From NCBI GenBank assembly GCA_964372875.1, contig CAYJTB010000001.1, positions 27,860 to 91,859 of the forward strand: DNA of 64,000 nucleotides, in the 5' to 3' direction. The stretch is from an uncultured bacterium. Its GTDB lineage: Bacteria; Omnitrophota; Omnitrophia; Omnitrophales; JACQLI01. Of this stretch, positions 27,301 to 32,711 are shown one piece after another; the stretch's first letter is position 1; every line of letters starts with the position of its first letter. The notes beneath the pieces were generated by a model. It ran no database searches. It was not told the origin of the DNA and worked only from the letters and a program-made list of their open reading frames with translations. Both the position numbers and the translations under genes were made by a program.

Positions 27301-28719
27301 ATAAAAAATCATTTTCTGACCGCGCTTCATCATTTCATTTGGGAACACAGCGACTTTGAAGATGCGAAGAATTTAGCCAGAGAACTCGGTAACTTGAGCC
27401 TAATCAGTTCTTTGTTGGGTGAGCCCCTCAGTAAAAGACAGGCCGCTTTTTATAAGCGCGCACTTTTGAGCTCTGACCGCACGCAGCAGAAGATCGCGCT
27501 TGGCTTCTTCGAGACTTTCCCTGATCTTGAAAAAATGGACTGGAAAGAGGAAGTCGTTGGTAAACTTAAAGAAATCGTAATGGATGAATCCGAAGATTCT
27601 GAATTTAGAAAATATGCCTTTGAAGCGTTGACAAACAATATTCTTCTTATAGAGCCAGCCTTTTTGGCGCCTTATTTTAAAGAGCCGCGCAGCCAACGGT
27701 TTCGAATCATTTCTTCGGATAAAAAAGGCGCTCGGATTTTATTTTCGGTTCTTCAGAAGAAATTTGGGTCGCCTTTAAAGGACCCGCCCCTTTTTAAAAA
27801 AAGTTCCGAGTCCATCATTTTATCAGGAGAATTTACGACAGGTCTGAGAAATGCTGCCATGTTGATCCGATTTGTAAGGCAGGCCTACGGCCGGGAGATA
27901 TCCTTTGATGAGTCCCGCGGCTTGCTTAAAGAGATGAAAAAGAAACAAGACAGATCCCGGCGTTCCGAAATACGGAGTGAAAGCTTGGATTCGACGTGGG
28001 AGTTGAGGGAGGATGCGAACAAAGGAAAGCTTGCGGAACTTGGAAAACAATTTGCGCCGATGATTGAGAGTCTTTGGAAACGCTCCGAGGTCAGGCACAG
28101 GCTTGCGACGGACGGATTTTTGAATCTTTCAAAGCTGATTGAAATTCCCAAAGCCGAAGCGGCTGAACCTGCGATTGTAGCTGCGCTTTTGATCCGTGCA
28201 GAACAATCCCAAACCGGAACGCCGGCTTTGGACAAACATTTGCAAGTGTGGCAGTCGCGCATGGGAATCAGTTCGGTTGCTAAAGAAAATGAAGTCGTAA
28301 TCCTCTTAGAAGGTGCGGCGTTTAAACTCGGACTCTTGGCTGCGATCGACGGAATTAGCCCGGCAGCTCCGAAGATCGGCGTTGTGGCGCCCAAGGCTTA
28401 CCATTCTTTAGTGGAAGAAGTCAGAAGCGGTCTTAGAACCGGGCAAGAACTGATCGAAGGGGAGAAGCTTCCCGAAATTTTAAATCAAATTGCTCAGATG
28501 AAACAGAAGCCAAGCCGCTTAACGATTTGGGCTTCGAAGGAAGACTCGTTCTTAACAGCAGCGTTCATCAAACGTTTTCTTAAAGATCCAAACCTGAATG
28601 TAGAAGTAAAGACCGTGACGCAGCGCGATCTTGACCGCGCCAACGCGTCTCACCCCGGCTTTGCGGAACGTATCAAGAACTTCCTCGCCGCCGTCAAATC
28701 CCTCAGCATTTCCGCTTAA
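15316..28719 (+). CDS. giant secreted multi-domain protein (4467 aa): signal peptide, helical N-region, 7-blade WD40-like beta-propeller, three ~70-aa WN..HP repeats, Pol-beta-like nucleotidyltransferase-like motif, HEAT/ARM-like helical C-terminus; contains recurrent RSEVR motifs and in-frame GC-rich hairpin repeats
   Basis: Single uninterrupted 13.4-kb ORF; N-terminus MTLRAKNFYLRTVAAFTAIIFCWNSLAWP; WD40-like blades ~18.55-19.5 kb; GSLGVLGSAVRDKSDLNLMVV at ~25.49 kb; RBS aggaaag upstream. Confidence 0.8.
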   Translation: MTLRAKNFYLRTVAAFTAIIFCWNSLAWPLPEVAVPQAGKTFDLIPKELGTVDEYELPDASHSAPFVIHIQDLHAAPEAQEKILDILKFLHSKKKLLVAVEGAAGTLHPEYLDFFPQYPRVTNALVQDLVSESMLTGPALFAWERYESKPSLHPSLRGRKSEAISNPRLLRRAFGPPHNDNSVQFIGVETPRLYRENLKAYRDFFQDEEKNQQDLKSFQTSLESAQTKIFNPDLRKFVQEVQRRKDGKFQSGKASPDLAAYIRFLADSSRDHLGVDLRDKFEQIRFPNLTRILFLMEFESKITAHQRRVLHSEIESKKLFDEITLLETRLRQILVKKPEETKLLEILDDFKLLEKLFHLELTREEYYQVVNRVLEINPSNLHQRLATIAEIASTSSEMLSRNDADYETALRFYRLAIRRDKALLENALREAAKTENSSQEKPLIVLVTGGFHTSGVSELLKEKKIPYAVVTPALAKTKANQDQYHKLMSGKMFAKEASSASPKNNNLVWAQILTARDRYPSLNSDEDQQKIFSHATEKSGEYFRKFYPQISEPKLQELLSRPAGFFSQISRSELQSRSQITNSAIDGRIGGKRVLPSRFPRSEVRAVEQRLEVSGQKTEGWSSKIGKIIRNGSDFGLSRVFQRSQAKNYRIPSRLEKSRGERIEISLKVFIDSRSWSPVTMIVALAERAHSSTASSSGSRQAFTFVLGLTIKAFIWINEIISSSISGVIHFLSLGFSSERRKSSSKAGDKAAMNLSSSRDSRIERQTPGKASPLTSTFTSRTTRRIPFLPGLLDQIQKLFSAERVFLSAFINFAGQRTEAFSPGLMFKTTDQGNAVTGFQLIDHALNLLNVYFHGNLRHRILSSSSNQYNLSALADQNQNISSVKPSKQSSTEPSRRAASGPESRQSPILSVDRPGGARGEVRAKEQRSEVREQRIEVISQRSEGKITSSGGDFGSVRSGTSRPRQEISKPKQETRLSRFIYPFSESLGQAIQEIRIMMATIIERTALAFNEVFQMFSLTTRAANTRLTALMIPSANKFRLLDGKRVFISMLQAPQPNTGLILSQILFLEYEISRRSEVREYISDWTVSTLETKQPVLAAAFSTDGKILAAGARNNVHLTNGDLRKWSVEFRAHRNEIAKLISFQRGNRNFFATASRIGSISLWNSNGGLIRRLEQLNPEDFQPVLGLSVSKNGDWLAATDMDVMKIYDLTGMSSPKTIPITDQSRNHFVQFSPDGTSIASTYYGEIRIEDIKTGKLRANLHHEASLKKSMDTSALAFSKGDDVAAASTDGKIRIWRWKGERQPQVLDFLSPAREASHLIFSPNGKRLAASTADQIEIWKLNGKVWRHEETIYPHLDAVTEILFSPDAKRFMAAGIWHGSGRVRIWSKETPARAEVRTDGIPTTWFRIFNRLDNLNREVWKQKDLDIIDLTNQLEKKLISLFGSQLLYGIWTWNTSVREVRFGLRSGPLSFELTANPHQEIPEREIKRGYTVTMNAMLTSAAESQHAKKWGDSEPEERGETLLEIPIAEIDRSQPVIYFGSFYFDTDKEKKETIIKQEILFLPGEERNYQIYIWHNNALEKTTLEKEGGRTYAVWRTPEAEPSLSFQYVALHDAQGKDLGEISRLILKAGNSETYRNNLQFLYGPIWRDETSSFSHGSRTSVKPSVFEDLISAAPGKRIAALLGLAIEYQYVPEGQVFSRMLLTELEKLEGLPYGRIAALREIAEMSPEEAHERFKDPYDQPSAIPAVMTLVASLAPRLLERMKNWDQEFYEELKGVLQKPDLKTLFEEGEVKFYEADHLWAASDNRSFFPGVVAFSRSKDRQIIVPIYFGNEPKDEDGKVWFKILDATSLGIENSNAATYQVYDHMLGEFYKTLHSGEKLYREGWSIGIPVVPGKLDRAGFIQKGRHVQFLEMRRTQSLTTATRIGLPENLVKTQGILTDLLREMSKLEIYFFISKTGATDRRMVPVDNVYEFFSSYAGKKGEHWNEIVSEPLQLTVSSPGFKRQTLRHALRMMQEALQLTYSFPGTLKGNDPHLSFYHDKLIEETQLLKTSDQTGKWAHVEFEIASSHFEMPDHWDQPAENSLRQRIQALREALEIPFVLMLKAPSGAKDPYHIEPVGNLHQRLPYFVLKDDFLKNPHDPRFPYFSKGAQLSFGLEAPMDSARLEQVRNILVASLEGRMSAATLKRAIEVTMHQWQREDSFFSESRSEARRVPRTLAVHPVRLAPGTPLYPDRSGPGVAVQSHWNSARSEVRTEKSERLTRSNAGELLKPRRYLKNKIYGIGRITAVEGKFGGKDPQGSVEVAFLNKHGFEETKEFSTWSLFQLPEQNPEEAFFSVTRQEIEDFKNQKRQGQAAYKEEIDKKRIAQREGRQWMEAQSPTFSLYDSPFSARAGRPLAADYRKLMQGIQDRAQGEYHLGSASIVERKILFEMLGTRLIPKTNQSETTLRINLGRRKKEFAEKLKTILDETGGLSARAVSEAEEKIMSPKDKSRALSSEWLKFRDPVTGKFATEKDIKRWIQNAIPIVERILEYEVKLLKLEKQIQIHPRPLARSEVRAAESSPTKKVAFFNLRTADDSSIVLPQRMSYLPVEQRLPDYSAWRIRVGRESGNLHAFLRDVLGPRWHWNVKGETKAYFLYKSLPKKFKQFIGKRKPPTGFDMEALGLLVVNRSDIFYIPMEETVNESVVTVLDKNDRDAINEFISHHAMIQTVPQNIRIFPPVRYESVKFGLGEDPVSSPKPGSIEVVYHPRLMVNDLGKADKEIIFETSFDLTQLRPRKKITAELEGRFYQELKSRLRNTWQIRIGNRTVEMPRAKDLPAKVQDVEEILLPGNNRKTASLHFNDAVSFYLDGILMRSNVPVPKDIHAWIFWKTRIRFNDQEISVETTEGNNVLTYRTDETGEHLRVNGEPTDNSVLQNMIRQMGSAFSILAFQMARDPEQTDYLRESGKETIDDEFDQWLGRSEVREEGQPAQNGNGHAIQKKQRGRGFRTKEEALQALAERQAKGLSSDPKSLQRHLAEGGNPTLLTFIYRWNQKHPEEPIEMKLLPTRTHKYESKGEIIEALEKRRLEKGESANYRMQLRLHIEEGGDRTLYQAVLRWNHDHPEDLINLPLDPHVAHGQLGKYQTKQDGLNTLSERKKQGLGNSTSDLRQTKSDGGDWPLLVFIRHWNKKHPKDRIALENADQNFNRLSPVAVWHSQTQDFKTTDQKRTEWWRALQEEADHEAGKRLVESFIPSVNEIAQRLSGGRDSHYEADLIQNGNMIVLETIYPERKEDQWNPSRGVSMTEFVETRLKKEMRHRTLQEIRSSGRFSIDEPYRFSKGREKEWQVPSYDAQPQEVRINNLADERDKQSGLPVILFEEKHQIAREIGKWLIKKGFLKQVKQEGIQNLAVSMIGSLGVLGSAVRDKSDLNLMVVTDANESQAEALAEKLAQWIGGRYHEPQDSEPIRISVGKEGDYEQAIADGNGFISLLQKHKVGTDPIKGIASVEVIGIPDEDNSFSEDSLTRQKTRAAFHLAFQDPRLAEQAINGILVLENAKGAAERLAQKLPSDQENLFGYYEKFLAKQAANLRKLQESSIDSKARAEVHPNPTDSGTPQSSPDQARAEVRSSLPEQRAEKKLETRKLEIGAGISGLSGRVETSNGRVFSGSDRLPIKSTRSPQKSEWQGQPSFSLPPLRSLPQKSSPNKSISRVLLERQAAISGRVLGKALLPELLLIGPKSHAETTLPASPSGPLSGIYFSQNKIYSNINSELSDFSRSDGSTSSPSVLSKAEGRVERAEVHPNPTDSGTPPHSRPTGVSTEVSLAAPPGAPPSSPERARAEVRASVEEIIRKQMLSGDLKAFEKNFESYDREKAFELLNSISKIAKEISERIRKGEEELMVAANNGQKMQEIIDAAKILENFPNDKQIHGVHLSAIINLQEIFNLTPKALPRYRNLLEAIVKHASKKEQPHQAAAEIIESFEGEQHADSQQDQFQRNEALEFLTLDLDEKVFKETVIKNHFLTALHHFIWEHSDFEDAKNLARELGNLSLISSLLGEPLSKRQAAFYKRALLSSDRTQQKIALGFFETFPDLEKMDWKEEVVGKLKEIVMDESEDSEFRKYAFEALTNNILLIEPAFLAPYFKEPRSQRFRIISSDKKGARILFSVLQKKFGSPLKDPPLFKKSSESIILSGEFTTGLRNAAMLIRFVRQAYGREISFDESRGLLKEMKKKQDRSRRSEIRSESLDSTWELREDANKGKLAELGKQFAPMIESLWKRSEVRHRLATDGFLNLSKLIEIPKAEAAEPAIVAALLIRAEQSQTGTPALDKHLQVWQSRMGISSVAKENEVVILLEGAAFKLGLLAAIDGISPAAPKIGVVAPKAYHSLVEEVRSGLRTGQELIEGEKLPEILNQIAQMKQKPSRLTIWASKEDSFLTAAFIKRFLKDPNLNVEVKTVTQRDLDRANASHPGFAERIKNFLAAVKSLSISA
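17259..17672 (-). CDS. PIN-domain toxin (TIGR00305-like), encoded antisense inside the giant ORF
   Basis: MRRVVLDVNVLVSGL...CRDPDDDAVLECALSAKATIIVTGDHDLL: conserved acidic residues of the PIN fold. Confidence 0.75.
   Translation of the reverse strand: MRRVVLDVNVLVSGLAFPGVCRSILESLEEDKFIAALSPALLEDFLRSLEKPKLKKWITPEMLEEMISLIHMKALIVKPKTKVKACRDPDDDAVLECALSAKATIIVTGDHDLLSMKTFKEISILSPRDFSKRLGIR
17653..17892 (-). CDS. putative antitoxin partner of the nested PIN toxin
   Basis: 79-aa basic/helical protein overlapping the PIN start by 20 nt (classic TA arrangement); no recognisable fold by eye. Confidence 0.5.
   Translation of the reverse strand: MPKIAVEVDIQQIERMINQLKSRDRITLIRRLEHKTWGERFRSLTRKVDKSRKKHPLSRKELLNLVKQARQERYASGRS
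18258..18461 (-). CDS. small (67 aa) 2-TM membrane protein, antisense inside giant ORF; paralog of 26324..26533
   Basis: MKTLFPSKRRNLF...VSLVLAALVV...SLKAKAVLSIIVAIMILISW; AT-rich promoter-like region immediately upstream on the minus strand (TTGACT at 18505-18510). Confidence 0.5.
   Translation of the reverse strand: MKTLFPSKRRNLFADGIMRAVSLVLAALVVSENIWKTSLKAKAVLSIIVAIMILISWMACPRDSEKG
21972..22113 (+). repeat. in-frame GC-rich hairpin cluster inside giant ORF (paralogous to 26062-26130 and 26630-26790)
   Basis: gtgcacccg-loop-cgggtactcc flanks shared with the 26-kb copies; stems cccggtgc/gcaccggg, acccggacc/ggtccgggt, cattggaac...gttccaatg; ends in RSEVR codons. Confidence 0.5.
26062..26130 (+). 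repeat. in-frame structured repeat unit (40-nt perfect repeat + second hairpin) inside giant ORF
   Basis: gccgaggtgcacccgaatccgaccgattcgggtactcctc identical at 26062-26101 and 26644-26683; hairpin cccgaatc/gattcggg; second hairpin cctcgcc-cgatca-ggcgagg. Confidence 0.6.
26324..26533 (-). CDS. small (69 aa) 2-TM membrane protein, antisense inside giant ORF; paralog of 18258..18461
   Basis: GTG start; MKSIFLTTARRDWL...VILVLLAGVLGG...SLKWRLVVLGGLVICFYLGLIF; shares MK(S/T)(I/L)F, K.SLK...VL...V.I pattern with the other copy; AT-rich region with TTGATA upstream on minus strand. Confidence 0.5.
   Translation of the reverse strand: MKSIFLTTARRDWLAKLFQHVILVLLAGVLGGELFLKLSLKWRLVVLGGLVICFYLGLIFAASSSKEED
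26630..26790 (+). repeat. in-frame structured repeat unit, second copy, with four hairpins
   Basis: Same 40-nt repeat; additional stems actcacgcc/ggcgtgagt, cctggcggc/gccgccagg, cctcgcc-tgaacg-ggcgagg (loop differs from copy 1 while stem is kept). Confidence 0.6.
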
Positions 28720-28737
28720 TCTTGTTTCAAACCACGT

Positions 28738-28766
28738 TTGACAAACATGCCAAATTGTATTACACT
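28738..28766 (+). promoter_or_regulatory. sigma70-like promoter TTGACA-17-TACACT upstream of vapBC
   Basis: ttgacaaacatgccaaattgtattacact, followed by RBS GGAGG before ATG 28808. Confidence 0.45.
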
Positions 28767-28807
28767 TTACCGATCGATAAGTTAATCGTATGACAACGGA
28801 GGCTTGA

Positions 28808-29017
28808 ATGACACGAGTGACAGTTTCCCCAAAATATCAAATCGTGATCCCTAAAGAAATTAGGGAAAAGTTGGATATTCGGTGCGGACAGAAGATGGCC
28901 GTCGTAACAAGAGGGGAATGGATTATGCTGGTTCCCGATCTGCCTTTGAAACATTATCGGGGGTTTTTGAAAGGTGTGAGTTCAGAGGGGGTTCGTGACC
29001 GAAGGGACCGGTTTTGA
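28808..29017 (+). CDS. vapB: AbrB/MazE-fold antitoxin (VapB-like)
   Basis: 69 aa, MTRVTVSPKYQIVIPKEIREKLDIRCGQKMAVV swapped-hairpin motif; 4-nt overlap with downstream PIN gene. Confidence 0.75.
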   Translation: MTRVTVSPKYQIVIPKEIREKLDIRCGQKMAVVTRGEWIMLVPDLPLKHYRGFLKGVSSEGVRDRRDRF

Positions 29018-29391
29018 CGGTCATCGATTCAAGCGGTTGGATTGAGTTTTTTAGCGAAGGTCCACTTGCCTCCCATTATGAAAAGCATTTGGGGTCTTTG
29101 TCTGAGATTGTCGTTCCTACCATTGTGCTTTATGAAGTCTACAAGAAATATAAGAGAGAAAGCGGAGAGCAAGGCGCTTTGACCGCGGTGTTTCATATGC
29201 AAAAGTGCCGGATCGTACCTTTAACAGAAGAATTGAGTTTGGAGGCGGCGGATTTAAGCCTTCAATACGGACTTGCCATGGCCGATGCGATTGTTTATGC
29301 GTCGGCACTTCAGGAAAAAGCAAAGTTAATCACCAGCGATAAAGCCTTAAAAAATCTGCCTCAAGTGGTTTACTACAGTAAATCGTCCTAA
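29014..29391 (+). CDS. vapC: PIN-domain ribonuclease toxin VapC
   Basis: 125 aa, VIDSSGWIEFF...conserved Asp/Glu, ADAIVYASA, LITSD. Confidence 0.75.
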   Translation: MTVIDSSGWIEFFSEGPLASHYEKHLGSLSEIVVPTIVLYEVYKKYKRESGEQGALTAVFHMQKCRIVPLTEELSLEAADLSLQYGLAMADAIVYASALQEKAKLITSDKALKNLPQVVYYSKSS

Positions 29392-29397
29392 GATTCC

Positions 29398-30312
29398 TTG
29401 AGTTCCACGCAAATCGCCCTTCTTAAAAAATACGGTCTTGAAGTCCGTGGATTTCGCGGCCAGCATCTTTTGGTCGATCCCAACATTCAACGAAAGATCG
29501 TGGAGTTAGTCGCTCCCAAACCAGGTGAGTGGATCGTTGAGATCGGGCCGGGCCTGGGTGCGCTCACGACTGAGATTTTGGCGGACGGCGCGTCGGTCCT
29601 TGCGATTGAAAAAGACAAACGCTTCTGCGAGATCCTGGAAGGGGAGTTCGGCATCGATTACAAAGGAAAACTCCTGATCGAAAATGCGGATGTTCTCAAG
29701 ACGGATTTAAAAAAATTACTCAAATCGTCGTTACGAGCCCCAAAGAGGCGAAGCAACCTAAGCACGAAGACTGCTTCGGCGCCGCCTCGCAATGACCGGA
29801 TCAAAGTCATCTCGAACCTTCCTTACTATATAACTTCACCTGTGCTTTTCTGGCTGATCTCCAATCGTGCATCTGTGGAAAAAGCGGTTTTGATGATGCA
29901 GGCTGAAGTCGCGGACCGTTTGCTCGCCCAGCCGGGAGATAAAGATTATAGCCGGCTTACCTTGGGAGTCCGGTATTACGCCGAAGTCCACCGTGCTTTT
30001 GAAGTTTCCCGCAATTGTTTTACTCCGAGGCCCGATGTCGATTCAACGGTCGTGACGATCGATTTTCACCCGCCGTCCGCATTCCCAAAAGGAATCGACG
30101 AGGCATTTCTTTTCCATCTCATTCAAGTAGCCTTCGGTGCCCGGCGAAAAACCCTACTCAATCGTCTTACGCAAGATTCAAAAGTAGGTCGCCCTCGTTC
30201 CCAGCTCTTAGAAATTTTTCACAAGCTCGGCATCCCCGAAATGGCCCGCGCTGAAGAGCTCCTCCTCAAAGACTTCATCTCATTGACCGAATTTCTTCAA
30301 CCTAAACATTAA
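29398..30312 (+). CDS. rsmA: 16S rRNA (adenine1518/1519-N6)-dimethyltransferase RsmA/KsgA, carrying an in-frame palindromic-element insertion
   Basis: TTG start; GQHLLVDPNI, VVEIGPGLGALT, NLPY motif; ~23-aa extra loop (...RRSNLSTKTASAPPRND) coincides with element 29727-29796. Confidence 0.88.
   Translation: MSSTQIALLKKYGLEVRGFRGQHLLVDPNIQRKIVELVAPKPGEWIVEIGPGLGALTTEILADGASVLAIEKDKRFCEILEGEFGIDYKGKLLIENADVLKTDLKKLLKSSLRAPKRRSNLSTKTASAPPRNDRIKVISNLPYYITSPVLFWLISNRASVEKAVLMMQAEVADRLLAQPGDKDYSRLTLGVRYYAEVHRAFEVSRNCFTPRPDVDSTVVTIDFHPPSAFPKGIDEAFLFHLIQVAFGARRKTLLNRLTQDSKVGRPRSQLLEIFHKLGIPEMARAEELLLKDFISLTEFLQPKH
29727..29796. repeat. palindromic element (degenerate 5-prime TIR gtcgttacgag ... cctcgcaatgac) inside rsmA
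   Basis: 3-prime end identical to the tsaD and larB copies (CCTCGCAATGAC); internal gaagcaa motif shared. Confidence 0.55.
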
Positions 30313-30331
30313 AATTCATTATCCGGAAGGA

Positions 30332-30420
30332 CACGAGTCTCGTCGTCACTCGTAACGCCCCTGCGAGACAGTCCCCTTCTATATTGTTTCTTTTCAAGGA
30401 TCGGGGCAAGTCCCCGTGGG
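30332..30420 (+). repeat. intergenic repeat B1 (~90 nt), inverted copy at 32753-32845
   Basis: cacgagtctcgtcgtcactcgtaacgcccctgcgagacagtccccttctatattgtttcttttcaaggatcggggcaagtccccgtggg; ~90% identical to the reverse complement of 32753-32845. Confidence 0.7.
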
Positions 30421-30547
30421 ACGTCCTCGTTCGTGCGTCCGGCCTCGTTCTCCGCCAAAACGCGTGGCGGATCCCTGCCCACTCGGCCTTCCGAACGCGC
30501 CTCGACTGGTCCTTCCGCTGATCGTAACCTAGCAGAATCCCCAAGCC

Positions 30548-30609
30548 TGAGACGGTCCCCTTCATTAATTTTTATTTTCAAGGATCGGGACAGCCCCCTT
30601 GTGGGGCGG
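30548..30609 (+). repeat. intergenic repeat B2 (shorter copy of the B family)
   Basis: gagacggtccccttcattaatttttattttcaaggatcgggacagcccccttgtggggcgg. Confidence 0.65.
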
Positions 30610-30630
30610 CGTAGCGGCCGTTACGGAAAA

Positions 30631-30657
30631 ATCCGGAAAAGATTTTTCCGTAGGCCC
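30631..30657. repeat. conserved hairpin CGGAAAAATC-loop-GATTTTTCCG (second copy at 32712-32738)
   Basis: 10-bp perfect stem in both copies with different loops. Confidence 0.6.
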
Positions 30658-30772
30658 ACGAGTGAGGGCGACTCCTTGTCCGTTTCTATCTTGTCGCCTG
30701 AACGTTCGGCGAAGGCTGTGGGGATTCTCCCTGCGTTGACAATAAGAATTGCGGCATGCTACGATCCTTGGC

Positions 30773-31057
30773 ATGTCGTTTGAAATCGAGCAAATTGCGG
30801 AACTTGCAAGACTCAGTCTGAAGCCTGAAGAAAAGGCCAAGTTAAAGAAGGATCTGGAATCGATCCTCGCCTATATGGCGCAGTTGAAAGCCGTTCCGAC
30901 GGACGATGTAGAGCCCACAAGTCACGTCCTTAATCTGGAAAATGTCTTCCGGGAAGATGAAATTAAGCCTTCCGATATCCGCGAAGATGTCCTCAAGTAT
31001 GCCCCTCACCGAGAAGGAAGTTTCTTCAAGGTCCCCAAGGTCATTGATCAGGAATAA
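30773..31057 (+). CDS. gatC: aspartyl/glutamyl-tRNA amidotransferase subunit C
   Basis: MSFEIEQIAELARLSLKPEEKAKL...; ORF track starts at 30749 but GatC family begins at this Met. Confidence 0.88.
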   Translation: MSFEIEQIAELARLSLKPEEKAKLKKDLESILAYMAQLKAVPTDDVEPTSHVLNLENVFREDEIKPSDIREDVLKYAPHREGSFFKVPKVIDQE

Positions 31058-32475
31058 TGTCTGATTTCAGACTCACTTTAAAAGAAGCGATCGGTTTCTC
31101 TCAAAAAAACGGGGCGGAGCCGCTTATCCAAGGTCTTTCTAAGCGGGTCCAAGACGTAGATGGAAAAATAAATGCCTATATCCGTTTTGACCCGTCAAAA
31201 ATCGAGCGGGCCAAAAATCAGGGGCTGCTCCACGGCGTTCCTATTTCTATCAAAGACAATATTTGTACGCGTGGGTGGGAGACAACATGCGCGTCAAAAA
31301 TTTTGTACGGATATACCCCTCCTTATGACGCGGCGGTGATCGAAAAATTGCGGGCTGCGGGCGCCACAATTTTTGGTAAATGCAACATGGATGAATTTGC
31401 TTTTGGCTCCTCCAATGAAACCTCGACTTTCGGTCCCGTCCACAATCCTTGGGATTTGGAAAGGGTGCCGGGCGGTTCAAGCGGCGGATCGGCGGCAAGC
31501 GTTGCGGCGGATGAGGCCTTTGCAGCGCTTGGATCTGACACCGGCGGATCGATCAGGCTTCCTGCCGCATTCTGCGGAGTTGTAGGATTCAAACCCACGT
31601 ATGGAAGAGTCTCGCGTTACGGCCTCGTCGCCTTTGGTTCAAGCTTTGACCAGATCGGTCCCATTACAAAAACCGTTGAAGACTCGGCTATCTTAATGAA
31701 TATTTTGGCGGGTTACGATGAACGCGATTCAACCTCTGCAAATATTCCGGTTCCTGATTACATCCAAGCATTAAAGCGGGGAGTTAAAGACCTAAAGATC
31801 GGAATGCCTAAAGAATTTTTTGTCAAAGGTATGGACCCGGAGATTGAAAAGGCAGTGCGCAAAGCGGGGAAAGTTTATGAAAAGATGGGTGCAACGATCA
31901 AAGAAGTAAGTCTGCCGCACACGGAGCATTCGGTCGCTGCCTATTACATTGTAGCCGTAGCTGAGGCAAGTTCCAATCTCGGCCGTTATGACGGCGTCGA
32001 ATATGGACTCCGGGCAAGTGAGAATAATTTGCGTGATATGTATTTTGAGACGCGCGATCAAGGGTTTGGCCAGGAATCGAAGCGGCGAATTCTTTTGGGC
32101 ACGTTTGTACTCTCAGCCGGTTATTACGATGCATATTATAGGAAAGGCCAAAAGGTAAGGACTTTGATCCGGCAAGATTATGAGAAGGCGTTTAAAGAAA
32201 TCGACGTTCTCTTGACTCCTGTTTCGCCGTCGCCTCCTTTTAAACTAGGCGAAAAATTAACCGATCCGCTTACGATGTATCTTTCAGATATTTTTACGAT
32301 CTCTGTGAATCTGGCAGGAGTCCCGGCCATCGTCCTTCCGTGCGGTTTCACAAAATCCAATCTTCCGATTGGAATGCAGCTTATCGCGCCGGCTTTTGCC
32401 GAAGAGACTCTCTTTCAAGCTGCATCTGGCTACGAACAGGAAACCCAATGGTTCAAACGCAAACCGAAAATTTAA
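31057..32475 (+). CDS. gatA: aspartyl/glutamyl-tRNA amidotransferase subunit A (amidase signature)
   Basis: 472 aa; amidase signature GGSSGGSAASVAA, catalytic Ser-cisSer-Lys context. Confidence 0.93.
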   Translation: MSDFRLTLKEAIGFSQKNGAEPLIQGLSKRVQDVDGKINAYIRFDPSKIERAKNQGLLHGVPISIKDNICTRGWETTCASKILYGYTPPYDAAVIEKLRAAGATIFGKCNMDEFAFGSSNETSTFGPVHNPWDLERVPGGSSGGSAASVAADEAFAALGSDTGGSIRLPAAFCGVVGFKPTYGRVSRYGLVAFGSSFDQIGPITKTVEDSAILMNILAGYDERDSTSANIPVPDYIQALKRGVKDLKIGMPKEFFVKGMDPEIEKAVRKAGKVYEKMGATIKEVSLPHTEHSVAAYYIVAVAEASSNLGRYDGVEYGLRASENNLRDMYFETRDQGFGQESKRRILLGTFVLSAGYYDAYYRKGQKVRTLIRQDYEKAFKEIDVLLTPVSPSPPFKLGEKLTDPLTMYLSDIFTISVNLAGVPAIVLPCGFTKSNLPIGMQLIAPAFAEETLFQAASGYEQETQWFKRKPKI

Positions 32476-32494
32476 TGCCAAAGAGCAGAATCTC

Positions 32495-32550
32495 CGCCCC
32501 ACAAGGGGGCTGTCCCGATCCTTCAAAAGAAACATTAATGAAGGGGACCG
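32495..32550 (-). repeat. intergenic repeat B3 (reverse orientation)
   Basis: ccgccccacaagggggctgtcccgatccttcaaaagaaacattaatgaaggggaccg = reverse complement of B2-type unit. Confidence 0.65.
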
Positions 32551-32711
32551 CCTGCGTCGGACGTTCGGCCGGCGCATGAACGGGTGAGGAAATCAAAAGG
32601 TGATCATTCCAAATGAACGTGAACAGATAAGGAAACAGTAATAATCTGGGAAGATGCACACAGGTATGAAGATCGAAACGGACAAGGTGCCGGCCTCACT
32701 CGACGGGCCTT

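Noticed and set aside
17116-28095. Group II intron 5-prime splice-site-like GUGCG in the recurring gaGGTGCGGg motif
   Set aside because: The giant ORF stays in frame through every copy, there is no RT/maturase ORF or domain V-like structure, and synonymous codon variation shows the conservation is at the peptide (RSEVR) level.
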